34,387 nucleotides of DNA, taken from the NCBI GenBank assembly GCA_040954595.2, contig CM082591.2, positions 8,777,514 to 8,811,900 on the forward strand, in the 5' to 3' direction. The notes beneath the pieces were generated by a model. The model was not told the DNA's origin. It ran no database searches and was given only the letters and a program-made list of their open reading frames with translations. Position numbers and translations under genes: made by a program. Within the stretch, counting starts at the first letter, position 1. Every line of letters begins with the position of its first letter. Origin of the DNA: Balanoglossus misakiensis (lineage: Eukaryota; Animalia; Hemichordata). Shown in pieces: positions 10,901 through 22,729 of this stretch.

Positions 10901-11272
10901 GCACAATTCTAATAATCTTCTTCCAAAAGTATTACTCACAGCATCTTTTGATTTACGTTCTATATCAAATTCATCAACCTCATAATTATCAAATGCTACA
11001 GGTACATGTTGAATAGAATCATTGATAATATAATCATAATCTTGTGCCGTTCTTGCGTTGAAATCGCCCATTAGAAACAGATGACTATCGGGATAGTTTA
11101 CTTGCAGATCTGAAATCTGATTTCCCAGCATTTCGATCCCATTTTTTTCAAAATTGTAGCTCTTGGAACCCTCTGGTGGGATGTACAGACATCCCAAAAT
11201 AACATTTTTTGAGAAGCCAAATTTGTTACCATTTAGCATAAGAAAAATTGAATCAGTGCATAATGGCAGCAT
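7996..11272 (-). mobile_element. RTEX-like non-LTR retrotransposon, 5'-truncated, with (AT)n 3' tail
   Basis: The ORF is followed by a short 3'UTR, a GGCC-GGA-GGCC hairpin, AATAAA (plus-strand TTTATT 8009-8014) and (AT)n at 7996-8009. The 5' end lies inside the endonuclease domain. No TSD found. Confidence 0.85.
8093..11272 (-). CDS. LINE ORF2: partial APE endonuclease + reverse transcriptase + C-terminal CCHC-type zinc knuckle (1059 aa)
   Basis: Endonuclease motifs YIPP, GDFNAR, VVDY and SDHFP. RT motifs KSPGPDG, NFRGITLL, QTGFRRGYST.DN, FIDFSKAFDTV, GVRQGCMLSPFLF and LLYADD. The C-terminus LEIEKGR...RICQIC...ENEFHFICICPLY..LR is typical of RTEX-type elements. Confidence 0.95.
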   Translation of the reverse strand: MLPLCTDSIFLMLNGNKFGFSKNVILGCLYIPPEGSKSYNFEKNGIEMLGNQISDLQVNYPDSHLFLMGDFNARTAQDYDYIINDSIQHVPVAFDNYEVDEFDIERKSKDAVSNTFGRRLLELCRDHSIHFLNGRCGRDLAGNFTCIANRGTSVVDYMIVSSDLFKHVSDFNVEDRSDSDHFPLSCTMNIELSCLPENTQRVQGSAFHDYTFFKWDNEKRGKFNEKVTSPEGQQHISCILDSGRNDINELTSKVYALLTWAAAGFHKFTVKTRNVTKRVLQPKWFNKDCEIAKMNMYKALRYFRDLNDQESLKNYKDRKETFKSLCRINKENFYSSFCNNGENIWKRVKYFKGGQKPLSNISAADWMEHFDKLHNPVYQKTNFDISVENFLETIEFSHGDETSNEDILNHPISNDEILYALDMLKTGKSPGPDGLPNEFYRDAKNSLMPVLHFLFNAVFDAGVFPRDWSMGIIVPLHKKGSFHDPNNFRGITLLDSIGKIFTFILNQRLTKWAEMIGCITECQTGFRRGYSTIDNIFTLHVMVQKYLCRSRGRFYCAFIDFSKAFDTVNHNLLLYRLSTEGVQGKMFNILKSMYHGLKSCVKSQQGRTNYFQCSVGVRQGCMLSPFLFSLFINELNTMLENSDQGGIQLTQDLYDLFSLLYADDVTIFSDTPGRLQNLLRVLESFCAKWKMNVNLNKSHVIVFRRGGILKKSEKWVFNGQKVKTVSYYKYLWLMISSRNVWSKAVLTLADQARKAMGCILCMIRNTCPLTFQEYFKLFDTMVLPILTYGAEIWGYRMYSVVERVHLKYCKAFMGIKSTTPDVFVLGECGRFPIFIHSFKKVLSYWYKLLNMPQNRIAKHAYQLAISLDENNKESWATHVKHLLCEHGFGEVWFWQGPGDFNVFLQHFTQRAMDIFKQNWHAEVCSKDKLRVYCNFKFLFHTEDYLTSNMFFRFKRALACLRSSGLDLEIEKGRAQGVALEDRICQICDSHEIENEFHFICICPLYHNLRLQHLPQWSYSQPTIEKFYALMSSSNSTVIFKLALFVYKAYKLREEIFITM

Positions 11273-11657
11273 TACATGGCACTGAATAAATGGCAGGGGT
11301 GTTTACATCTCTTTATTTTTTTCACTTAAACCATTATAAATCTCTAACAGTATATAATAATATTGTGTATGCAACTTGGAGATGAGTTTCACTTCAAGTT
11401 CTTTTTAGTAAAGTCTGGGAAGTGACATGTCTTCAAAGTGACTGATGTTATCTGCTAAGAGCTGAATGCCCATGGGTGTTCTTTCCTAGATTATACATTT
11501 TCTTATCATTTCATAGACCTGTGTATAATTATAATTTCAGTTATATATTCTAGTTTGAGTTTAGGTAGAGTATGCATGGAATTAAGTAATTATTCTGTAA
11601 TTACCCAACCAAATATGTTGTCTAACTAATGGATATTTTGATTCTTTATTTGCACAG

Positions 11658-11989
11658 GCAACATTATTGAAGTAGCATTGAGAGTAGTTGATAATATAGC
11701 AGAGCTTCTAACTGGAAAGAAGAGCTTAGTAAATTTATCAGCTCATAACATTCCTTTAACCAATGAACTTTATATGAACTTACACACCTGCGTTAAAGAT
11801 ACAGGGATTAATGTTCAGGAAACCTTACCAGCTCTAGTACATTTATTTGAGCCAGAAATTGAATTACCAAAAAATCTGTAATTTCGTAAAGACACAGTCA
11901 GAAAAGAAATAGAGAAAGCCAGCAAGGAAGGGAGAAAAGTGGAATACATGAAAGACACAGTTTGCTTAAAATACGTGTGTGTGCAGTAA
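11658..11989 (+). pseudogene. Possible degenerate coding exon of unknown protein
   Basis: Acceptor TTCTTTATTTGCACAG|G, then a protein-like frame NIIEVALRVVDNIAELLTGKK...LFEPEIELPKNL*FRKDTVRKEIEKASKEGRKVEYMKD that continues past a single TAA. No family recognised. Confidence 0.3.
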
Positions 11990-12920
11990 AAACCGTATGG
12001 TGCAACGGCATCCATTTTCATGATTTACAGCCAGCCAGTCTTTCCATGCATATCATACCAAAATTTAATATGAAATTCTTGTTAATGGTAATAGTCTACA
12101 AGGATAGTACAGGTGACATGTAGAAATTAAACTATCCAACTTTCTCCACTTTTGATATCCGCTCGACACAGGCAAGCATAAGGGCCGATCTGAGACTTTG
12201 ACTTGAATGATGGCAATTTTTGCCGTCCAGAAGTAACTGTATAAAATATTATTTTGGTAGTAATATCAGCTTTATGATTGCTAAAAATTTACAAGAATTT
12301 AAATATTTCCGCTTACTACAGTGATTGAACTGATTTTCAGCAAATTGCAGTGTATAATAATAATAATAATATTTATTTCTTACACGCACTACACATACGT
12401 CTCAGTGCGAGTTACAAAAGACGGTGAAAAAAGAATCATAAAAGCAGCAGAAAAATTATTAACAAATATTGCCATCTAATGAAATGTCAACCCAATATGG
12501 CCGCCCATTTGCTATGTTAAAATGCTGGGTTAACCATATTTGAGAGCCTGGGAATTTAAATTATAATCCAGATATCAAAAACTTAAGTCACTATGTGTAT
12601 CTGCACATACATTGTAATATAATCTGAAAAATTCTTAACAATTAGATCAAACCTGATTGAGATACGGAACATCAAAAATTGCAAATTTTCATATTTTACC
12701 ATGGTGCCATGCAAAAAGTAGAGATATATTTTTTACAAGATGATCTCCTGTAAAACTGAAAGACGTAATCTTCTGTGAATCTTGCATTTTTATATAATTG
12801 GGTAAAATTCTTTGAAAAATGTTGAAGATACTTGAGAATCTCAGTATTATTTGATGCCTTTGTACCTTGAAAACCGGGGAACCGATTTTGATAATTTTCT
12901 TTATTATAACCTACTAAGAT

Positions 12921-14304
12921 ATCTGTAATAAAAATGGAGAAAGTACCCTATATTTTCTGTAAAGTACGCCCTCACAGGCCATGTAAACTGGGGGGTCCAA
13001 TAAGACCGTCTGGCAAACAAATGATTAATTCAACGCGCCATGTGAGCTGAGCTGAGTTGGTCTGAGTTGCGTATCACACAGACTTAGGCTGAATTTCAGT
13101 GGAGTAACCAGTCCGTTTTAGATTTACCAAGCCACCACGTATTGTGTTCATTCATTCATTGCATCAATATATTTTGTGTATTCCCAGCGCTGGCCAATAG
13201 GCTTGGCACCTGCTAAAATCAACTCGTCTGCTGTGGGCCCTTTTACCTGTGGCAACTGTTCAGAGGAGACAACGTTTATTCCTAGCAAGCCACAACGCAA
13301 TGATGGGGTCAACCTGTCAACACAGATGCCAGCATTCATGTGAGTGAGTATCAGGACTGATCTTGTCTTTGCTGAATAATTCATAATGCCTATTTTAGAT
13401 CTGTAATAAAAATGGAGAAAGTACCCTATATTTTCTGTAAAGTACGCCCTCACAGGCCATGTAAACTGGGGGGTCCAATAAGACCGTCTGGCAAACAAAT
13501 GATTAATTCAACGCGCCATGTAAGCTGAGCTGAGTTGGTCTGAGTTGCGTATCACACAGACTTAGGCTGAATTTCAGTTGAGTAACCAGTCCGTTTTAGA
13601 TTTACCAAGCCACCACGTATTGTGTTCATTCATTCATTGCATCAATATATTTTGTGTATTCCCAGCGCTGGCCAATAGGCTTGGCACCTGCTAAAATCAA
13701 CTCGTCTGCTGTGGGCCCTTTTACCTGTGGCAACTGTTCAGAGGAGACAACGTTTATTCCTAGCAAGCCACAACGCAATGATGGGGTCAACCTGTCAACA
13801 CAGATGCCAGCATTCATGTGAGTGAGTATCAGGACTGATCTTGTCTTTGCTGAATAATTCATAATGCCTATTTTAGATCTGTAATAAAAATGGAGAAAGT
13901 ACCCTATATTTTCTGTAAAGTACGCCCTCACAGGCCATGTAAACTGGGGGGTCCAATAAGACCGTCTGGCAAACAAATGATTAATTCAACGCGCCATGTA
14001 AGCTGAGCTGAGTTGGTCTGAGTTGCGTATCACACAGACTTAGGCTGAATTTCAGTGGAGTAACCAGTCCGTTTTAGATTTACCAAGCCACCACGTATTG
14101 TGTTCATTCATTCATTGCATCAATATATTTTGTGTATTCCCAGCGCTGGCCAATAGGCTTGGCACCTGCTAAAATCAACTCGTCTGCTGTGGGCCCTTTT
14201 ACCTGTGGCAACTGTTCAGAGGAGACAACGTTTATTCCTAGCAAGCCACCACGCAATGTTGGGGTCAACCTGTCAACACAGATGCCAGCATTCATGTGAG
14301 TGAG
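12921..14304 (+). repeat. Tandem triplication, period 478 bp (three 428-bp copies, two 50-bp linkers), >99% identical
   Basis: Copies start ATCTGTAATAAAAATGGAG at 12921, 13399 and 13877. Matching ORFs share stop positions 13148/13626/14104. Only ~4 variant sites seen. Confidence 0.97.
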
Positions 14305-14768
14305 AACCATGCTAAAATCTGAGTACTTTCTTCAATTTCAAGACAGATATATAACAAAAATTATGAGAAAAATCAACGGCAATCTTGGAGTAAATTTTTA
14401 ACTGAACTTCCTTATATAATTTTTATGGTCCAGCTGTTACAGGGACCACCAGCTATTTTATTATAAACTGGTGGTAGGTCAGTGAATGCCTCTGTCTGAT
14501 TGGACTAATTAGCTTGTCATACTTGCATGTATTTTTACAGACAGTTTTTGGACAAAAATCGGTTGTTGTTTTTTAGTGCTGCTTGTAAGATTGCTGTGAC
14601 ACATAACACTTGATTGGGCATAGTTTCCGTAGTATTTAAATAGTAATGCCAAATATGCTTGCCAATGTCGTCCGTTATTTTAATTCTGGCGAATACCTAA
14701 TTTCTGTGTTATCCCCAAATGGCACCACAGTGTCATTTACATTATTTTTAAGAAGTAAATTATACATA

Positions 14769-16788
14769 GATATGCATCTTGTTAAAGAGCCCAACAGTCA
14801 TGATTTTGTTCACATGAATACTACTGCTTCCAGGACATAACCCAAAAATGTTGATAATTTTGGCAATGACCTTTGATGTACTTTTCCATAAGTTGCCATG
14901 CACAGCAGATACAGCCTTCAAATTTGGAGGACTGAAACACCTAATGAGGCATTAAACTTTAACACAATAATTATGTACATAAGCTATTTCAAGTTAACCA
15001 ATAGAGCTTAGAAGTATGTTTTCTGTTGGACACAGCTTAGTTTGATATCAAAATTTGTTGGCCCAAATTTGCGTGACCTCTGGCTTACTTGCCATTTCTC
15101 AGCATCCATAACAGATACAGCCTTTGATTTCTGTTGGAACCATGCTAACCATTTTGGTCCCTTCAATGCTGCTTTTAGTTAATGTTTTAATTGTCTTCTT
15201 CATGGCGGCCATATTGGATTTTCAGATAACCTTTAAAAGTTGACATTTTTTTTCATAAACTACAGGGCCAATCAAGTTCTAATTTAATGTGCGGTTCAAT
15301 GTTTGACAATAATATCAGTAGTGGTCATGTGGCTTTGGATGCATAATTGGATTTTTGAAAAATATCATAAATTTTTTTCAAAAATCTATTTCTAATCAAG
15401 TTTTCAAGTGAATTGTGATTAGTTAAACCTTATTGGAGCCAAATTGGATTTTCTGATCTCCGATAAGAGACTAAAATTTCCTATTTCTAGCCTACTCATT
15501 GAAACCACACATTCTTTTTATGGATATGAGTCACCATGTGACCAGAATATATCACAATTATTAGACTACTTTCACATATCCTTAATCAAGTTTTTACAGA
15601 ACTCGATTAAACAATTTGTTTGCGACTCTCGCATGTCCTTTGATCCAGTAATTCCAGAACTTATTTTATGTGGATATGCCTATTGTTAAAATGCACAACA
15701 GTCATGATTTTGTTCACATGAGTACTACTGCTGCCAGGACATAACCCAAATCTCTTGATAATTTTGGCAATGACCTTTGATCTACTATCCCATGCCTTGG
15801 AATGTACAGCAGATACAGCCTTCACATTTGGTGGACTGGAACACCTAGTGAAGTATTAAACATTAACACAATAATTTTGTACATAAGCTATTTCAAGTAA
15901 ACAAATAGAGCTTTATAGAAGTGTGGTTTTTGTTGGATACTTATCAGTTTAAGATCAAAAATTTGTGTCACAATTTTGCGTGACCTCTTGCTAACTTATC
16001 ATTGCTTGGAATCCACAACAAAACAGCCTTTGCTTTCTGTTGGAACCATGCTAACCGCTTGGGCCTGTCCCATTTCTTCTTAATGGTGGCCATATTGGAT
16101 ATTCTGATAACCCTTGAAAATTGACATCTTTTCAACAACTACAAGGCAAATCAAGTTCTAATTTACTGTGCGGTTCAATGTTTGACAATAATATCATTAG
16201 TGGTCATGTCACTTTGGTTGCCATATTGGATTTTTGAAAAATCTCATGAAAAATTTCACAAATCTTTTTCTACTCAAGTTTTCAAGTAAATTGTGATTGG
16301 GTAAACCTTATTGGAGCCAAATTGGATTTTCTGATCTCCGATAAAAGACTAAAATTTCCTATTTCTAGCCTATTCATTGAAACCACACAAATTCTTTTTA
16401 TGGATATGAGTCACCATATGACCAGAATATATCACAATTATTAGACTACTTTCACATGTTCTTTGATCAAGATTTTACAGAAATTGATTAAACAATTTGT
16501 TTGCGACTCTCGCTTGTCCTTTGATCCAGTTATTCCAGAACTTATTTTATGTGGATATGCCTCTTGTTAAAAAGCACAACAGTCATGATTTTGTTCACAT
16601 GAGTACTACTGCTGCCAGGACATAACCCAAATCTTTTGATAATTTTGGCAATGACCTTTGATCTACTTTTCCATAAGTTGGCATGCACAGCAGATACTGC
16701 CTTCAAATTTGGAGGACTCAAACACCTAATGAAGTATTAAACTTTAACACAATAATTATGTACATAAGCTATTTCAAGTTAACCAATA
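14769..16788 (+). repeat. Diverged tandem repeat, ~880-905-bp period, ~2.3 copies
   Basis: CAACAGTCATGATTTTGTTCACATGA occurs at 14792, 15696 and 16577 with colinear flanks and many substitutions/indels. Confidence 0.92.
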
Positions 16789-18425
16789 TAGTTCATTTTG
16801 TGATGAACCTTGTAAAAGTGTCATCAGAGTTTTTTTTAAAGCAGATTCTACTTGCATAGATCACCAGAGAGAAAGAAATGGTTACTGGAGCTGTGTTAGT
16901 ACTGTGAAATTTGAGATAATTAGAATAAAAATGGCCGCCAAATGATTTCAATTATCAATGTAACAGATAGAAATCACCTTTATAGTGCAAAAATTTGATA
17001 GTAAAAGCTTAATGTTTTTATAGAAACAGGTATATTGTCATAATTGAGTATCTTTAAATACTAATTTGCATAATTTAACACCCCATGATGTATATACAAG
17101 TATTATAAACCCTAAATATGAGTTGATATACTTTTTAACCAAATAAATAATTTAGCTTTGCTGCAAAAGAATATGGCTGTTCTTTCCATGCTTATACTTC
17201 TACTTTATTGCTAAAATAAACTAGTTTTCAATTGTTTTAGCAGTACAAAGATTTTAAGAAATAAAAAAATAGCCTGTCCCAATTTTGATTTGCCCTACGC
17301 TTCTGTAGCCTAATGCGGTACTGAGATAATAGAGTTTATAAATCCCATTTCGAAAGAATGCTGTGACAGAATTTGTCAATAAAGATTTCAGTTTGTGTGC
17401 ATTCATTGACGTGATGTGTATTTTCCATCTGCACACATACGTTGCACTGCATATTTTGACTAATTAGAGTGATGTAATGCTATTTAAGCAAGATTATGAT
17501 TGAGTAGAAACTAATATGCATATTCGACTTGCAGACGGTGCCTCGTTCTTGTACTGGTAAATTTGCATTTGAAATCATTTGGGCTTTGACGTTCTTGATG
17601 CATGGAGCAAAATTTTATTCCAAATTTTTGCTTTCAAACAAGTAAATATCAGGAAAAACTTGCAGTAAGTGAGTGTTTGTACTCCCGCTTACCATTTTGA
17701 AAACCAACGGAAACCCACTTCGGGAAAATTCTGAAATTGCAGTTAGATCACAGGGAGTGGTGCTGTGGAGCGAAATAAATCCAAACTGTAATCCTAAACG
17801 TTGAATAAATTCTAACTCTAACATGTCAACAAATGTGACCATATTTGTAAATAAAAAAACAAGTAAATAAATGAATAATAAGCTAACCTGTTGCACTATT
17901 ATATTATAGAGATTTTGCAGCTTTTCAGCCTTGTTTTCAATCTCGAAGATATTGATTCTACGCTTTGCTAATATTTCTTATCTAGGCCCCCATAAACACC
18001 ACTCAGTAACATGTTGTTTGTGGGCTTCGTGTCGACTTTGCTATGGTGGTGGTACCATAACACACTACAGTTTAACTTTTGAGACAGGCAATTTTAAGGC
18101 AAGGTGATAGCGAAGAAACTGACCAGTCGTGACTATTAGATAGGGGATTTGATTGCATGATTTATCAGAATTGTAATTGCTGTTAGATTTTTTAGCATTA
18201 TGACTGTTATAAGCTACCAGTGTCTGCTATGTCCCGATGTTGGCATGTGGCACAAGGATAATAAGTGTATCAGATGATAAATACCAAATTATCTTAAGCC
18301 TCAATGTATGGATTACTTGGCCACATGATTGCACATCCTGTATATTTTGAATAATAAGTGGCATATGCTAAAGGTGTTTTATGAATGGTTACTAATACTG
18401 ATTTCTTTGCCTATTTGATTCACAG

Positions 18426-18507
18426 GTGCTGCCTCAAATCGTCTGCAGTTGCTGTCATGCCCAGTCTATGCTACGGTTGGCATATATGTCCGCCACCAAG
18501 CCATGAG
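18426..18507 (+). other. Candidate 82-nt internal exon
   Basis: Acceptor TTTCTTTGCCTATTTGATTCACAG|G, a GC-richer body than the flanks and donor GAG|GTATAC; two frames are open. Confidence 0.35.
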
Positions 18508-19499
18508 GTATACTGACAGCCACGTTTGAAACATTTCAGTATACTGATATTCAAAGCTTAAATGTCAAGGTTTGCTTTATAATCGCTACCAATATACATA
18601 TTTGTGCTAATCAGTTTTATGAAGAGTGAGTTGGATCAAATGAAAGTTTTCTTTTTCACAACAACCATAACGTAATCCTTGTACAGTGTTACATAGATGC
18701 CAAGTGCGTGTACATGTTCTGTTGTTTACAGATATTTCAGTTTCACTTATCACTTGATTTCCATGTTTTGGTATACCCATGTAAACCTTCTTTACTGCAC
18801 TCCTGATGTAAATTGAGTTTCAAGATTTCTGTTTCAAAGAACACTGTGACACATTTCCCTGATGAATTTTCCACTGTTGCGCATTATCATAGCACAGTCT
18901 GACCTGACATTATACCATATTTAGCATATTTTCAGTAATTAATATGCATATATTTAATTCACAGTCTTAAAATTAAATGTCAGCATTTAAACTTGTGAGA
19001 AGGAGAGTGAGAAGACGCTGGCCACATCGAAGATCACTTTCTGGTGAGCACAACTTATGGTATAATAATAATAATAATAATTTTTACTGTCATATATAAT
19101 TGCTATTGCATGCACAAAGAAATGTGTTGTGGTGTTTCAAGATAAAAAAGAACATTGCATTACAGAAAAGGTTTGAGAAAAACGTACAAACAGAATGAAA
19201 AGAACAGTGTCTAGGTATAGCACAACAACTTCAGATGTGTGGAATGAAAAAATCTATGGGAGACGAGATTGATGAACTTTCACAGCACATGGTTTACCAT
19301 CATGTAACATGTGAAGTGCAGTAGGGAAAAAGCTGTTCAAGCGACTGATTTGAGCTCCATAGCTAGTTAATGCTAAAATGTGTTGTCCAAGGTATAAGTG
19401 GTTTTTGCACTATAATTTGCAACAGAAATAGACACTGAGCACCAGCCCACCCTCCCCTCTTGCTGACTTCTATGTATGTATGTAGGAATTTTATCATAA

Positions 19500-21640
19500 T
19501 TTTTCGGCCCATTTGGTATATGTATTTATACCACGGGACCTTATGGCGATCAGTTTCACCTGTATGTATGTATGGATGGATGTATGTCTGTATGTCCGTC
19601 CACATCAAACACTTGGAAACCACTAGCATATCACCTTGATATTTAGTGTGCATATGCAGGCAGGGCTGTAGATGGGAGTTTGTCTAATAAGCTGGGAAAA
19701 TGTAAAATTTGTCAAAACTCAGAAAATCAACAACTGCTGGGCAAATTGCTTTCAAAACTGAAAATTTAGATGAATCTACCTCATGTCACCCTCTAACAGC
19801 ACTTTCTGGCATACTGCTGGGCACCACGGGCGCACTCTGAGTGTAAAAAATAGCCGGCGCTAACACACATTGTTTCCTGATAGCTGATAGGTGTACGCAG
19901 CATACAAAGAGATTCACTTGTCACAGTTTATGACCTTAACACAAAATCTGAGATGTCCTAGGATATGTCCAATTTCTGAAAATTATATACATGTTGTAGG
20001 ATGTAAAAGACAACCTGCACTGAAAACTTGTGAACTTGGCATGGGCAGGCAGTGTTTCATCCAGGATGGCATAAACAGGGGGGGGGGGGGGTATTATATC
20101 TCCCCGTTGCCATTTTTTTTTTGGGGGGGGGGAGGATATCTCTAGCATGTGAGTGACATCATTTCAAAGGGCCTTGGTCCCCTCAACAGGGGTGTGTGTG
20201 CCATATGTGCTGGTAAACAAGGAAGCAAACGAAAACAATTTAAGGCCTGACTGCTTAACTAGAAAGAGAGCACACTGCAGACACCCATTATAATAATTTA
20301 TATCAATGATGAGGGGGCCATAGTGATGTTCGAAAGATGCTATGATTATGTAAATTTTATGTTAATTAGATATAGTATGCCAAAAATATGATTTGTCCCC
20401 CTTTCCAACCTGCTGTGGGTCACAATGTCCCAATGCTTTGTTAACGTCACACAGTTCTGTATGGTTTGAGCTAATAGTGTGAATTTTCTATTTTTTTATG
20501 CATTTTTTGGTCTTGGTCTACATTTTGGTTAAAAATCTACTTTTCTGGAATTGATCATCTCATTTCTTTGAAATTTAGTATGAAGCTTTATTTAGGTGAT
20601 CTGAGTTACCCATAGTTTTGTTCAATTTGTTGCAAAATTTGCATATTAATAGTTTTGGAGCAATTTTTGCCTTTTTTGGTCATTTTTTTTCTCTCTAAAA
20701 CCACTTGTCAGATTGCTTTGAAATTTGGTAGGCATGTTCCTTGGGGTACCCCAAGAAAGATTTGCATGTATGTTTTAAATCAACTTGGAGAATTCAAGAG
20801 TATATTTTTGGGGTGATTTTTTGCCATTTTTGGTCAAAACTCTTGTTCAGAACCCTCTACCCTAATGCTTTAAAATTTGACACGAAGGTTCCTGGGTGAT
20901 TTGTCAGGATGATTTACAAAACCTATGATGAAAGTGCCAATGGTTTGTGGGAGCAATATCTTGTATTTTAGGGGCATATTTTCCAATTTTGATAAAAAAA
21001 TTATATTTCTCAGAAATTATATGGCCGAGTATTTTAAAATTTGAGTCGTAAGGGACCGTTCAATTTTTACGGCTGGGGGGGGGGGGGTGGTCGGCCTCTG
21101 ACATTTTGCTTTTGAGTCCACAAAATTGCTGTTTTGCACCCTTTATTTTACAAAATTTTCTAATGTGGGAGGGGGACACACCTTCCCCTCCATTCTCCGC
21201 CACATTTCATTTATTGGCTGGTTTGTCTAGTGTACCAGGGCAGACTACTTGCCACCCCATCCCACCCATGCTTACTTTGGGTGGAGTGCCAAAAGTAAAA
21301 TTGGTTTTCACCAACATTGAGTTAATTTGCTTTTGAGTTCATTAAAATGCAACTTTGAGCACCGTATTAAAAAAAAAATTTCTTATGTCAGGGGGGGGGA
21401 CAGCTCTTCTATTATCAGTGGTCGCGCTTCTTTTTTATTTCCTGAGTCTGTGGGGAAGCAATGAAACCACAAATTACGTCCTCTGCTCTTTTGACTGCAT
21501 CTTTACCTAATTTGCATATCTTGATTAGGTTGTTGGCGTTGCTCTAATGGTTTCCAAAATGTAACCTTTGAGTACTTGATAAAAACAATTGTGTCATTTC
21601 AGTCAATAATCTTTGAGGCCGAGCGTAGTCTTTAGTGTAC
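19500..21640 (+). mobile_element. Possible degenerate Helentron-associated (HINE/DINE-1-like) non-autonomous element
   Basis: 5' TTTCGGCCCATTT, then a (GTAT/GGAT/GTCC)n microsatellite at ~19560-19600, core-repeat units at ~20520-21045 and a distal GGCCGAGCG (~21617) complementary to the 5' TCGGCC. Boundaries are uncertain. Confidence 0.35.
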
Positions 21641-22637
21641 TGTGTCATGCGGTTGCCCTCACATCCAGTGATTTATACCAGCTGAAACAGAACGTAGTTT
21701 GCCAAGGCAGCCACCAAAAAACAGAAAAAAGGGTTTATGCCTTGTTATTCAAGTGACGTGCGCACTGACCAGAAGCATTTCATTTATTTGGCCTAATTAA
21801 CAAATTAACACCAGAAATGGATTCAATGTATATAAACAAATTAAAAAAAAATATATTACACAATAATCAAGAAACAAGACGGGCAAAAGTTAAATTATAC
21901 AGGGGTGTGCGGCGCCCATTTTGAATTATGCAAATTAGAACAGTTGTCTAATATTGCCATGTCAACCAAGTTGAAATTGTTTTAGGTACCCATATTAATG
22001 AAAACCCTGAAATAAGATATAACATACCATTTTAAGACAAACGTGGGAAATTACATTTTAGGGGTGTTAGAGGTGTTTTTTTGCACGTGTACTCTAGTTT
22101 CGAATGACCTACTAAGATGGATGATGCATGGTCAACTTTTTTACCTAATTTAAATTAAATGACATATTTTTTTTAACCCAAAAACGCCACCATTTCCGGG
22201 GATCAATAATATATGCAACTCAATCAAAAGTTCAAAAACTCAGCCTCCAGAATATATATGGTTTATGGGGGTTTTAACTTTGTCTTTGATGAGGAATAGG
22301 CCTCTGAAAGAGTCTTGACGGTTTCATGCAATGCCACCTTAAGCATAGTCCTAGTATCCAACAAAATTAGTTTGTTCCTACACGAATAGCGAACACTTTG
22401 CTCCCCCCCCCCCTCCCCATGAATGGCTCTTTCCACAACCACGTTTTATTGAGCGAAATATTGAATTGAATTGGAGTGGACGCTCATTTTATCATGGAAA
22501 ACCACTCTCAAATGACTTGTGATCAGAAACTAAATGGTGTCACTTGTCGCATATTTGGATATACGAGTTATGTATGGGTGTCTCAAAACACATTGTGCGA
22601 CAAGAAAGTGCTAGTCGCACTTTGAGGGAAATGCTAT

Positions 22638-22729
22638 CTGCGACCACTAGCACTTTGATTCTGCGACCACTAGCACTTGCATTCTGCGACCACTAGCACT
22701 TTGATTCTGCGACCACTAGCACTTGCATT
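22638..22729 (+). repeat. Four 23-bp subterminal direct repeats CTGCGACCACTAGCACTT(TG/GC)ATT
   Basis: Units start at 22638, 22661, 22684 and 22707, alternating two variants. Confidence 0.95.

Noticed and set aside
13148-14310. Repeated 116-aa minus-strand ORFs
   Set aside because: The two full copies have non-ATG starts, there is no domain, and splice signals point to the plus strand. Their identity is due to the triplication.
18858-18910. Possible C/D-box snoRNA (TGATGA...CTGA)
   Set aside because: It is too short, has no clear terminal stem and shows no rRNA-complementary guide I can recognise.
22638-22729. 23-bp direct repeats as a CRISPR array
   Set aside because: There are no spacers and no cas genes, the context is eukaryotic, and the repeats are part of a TIR.
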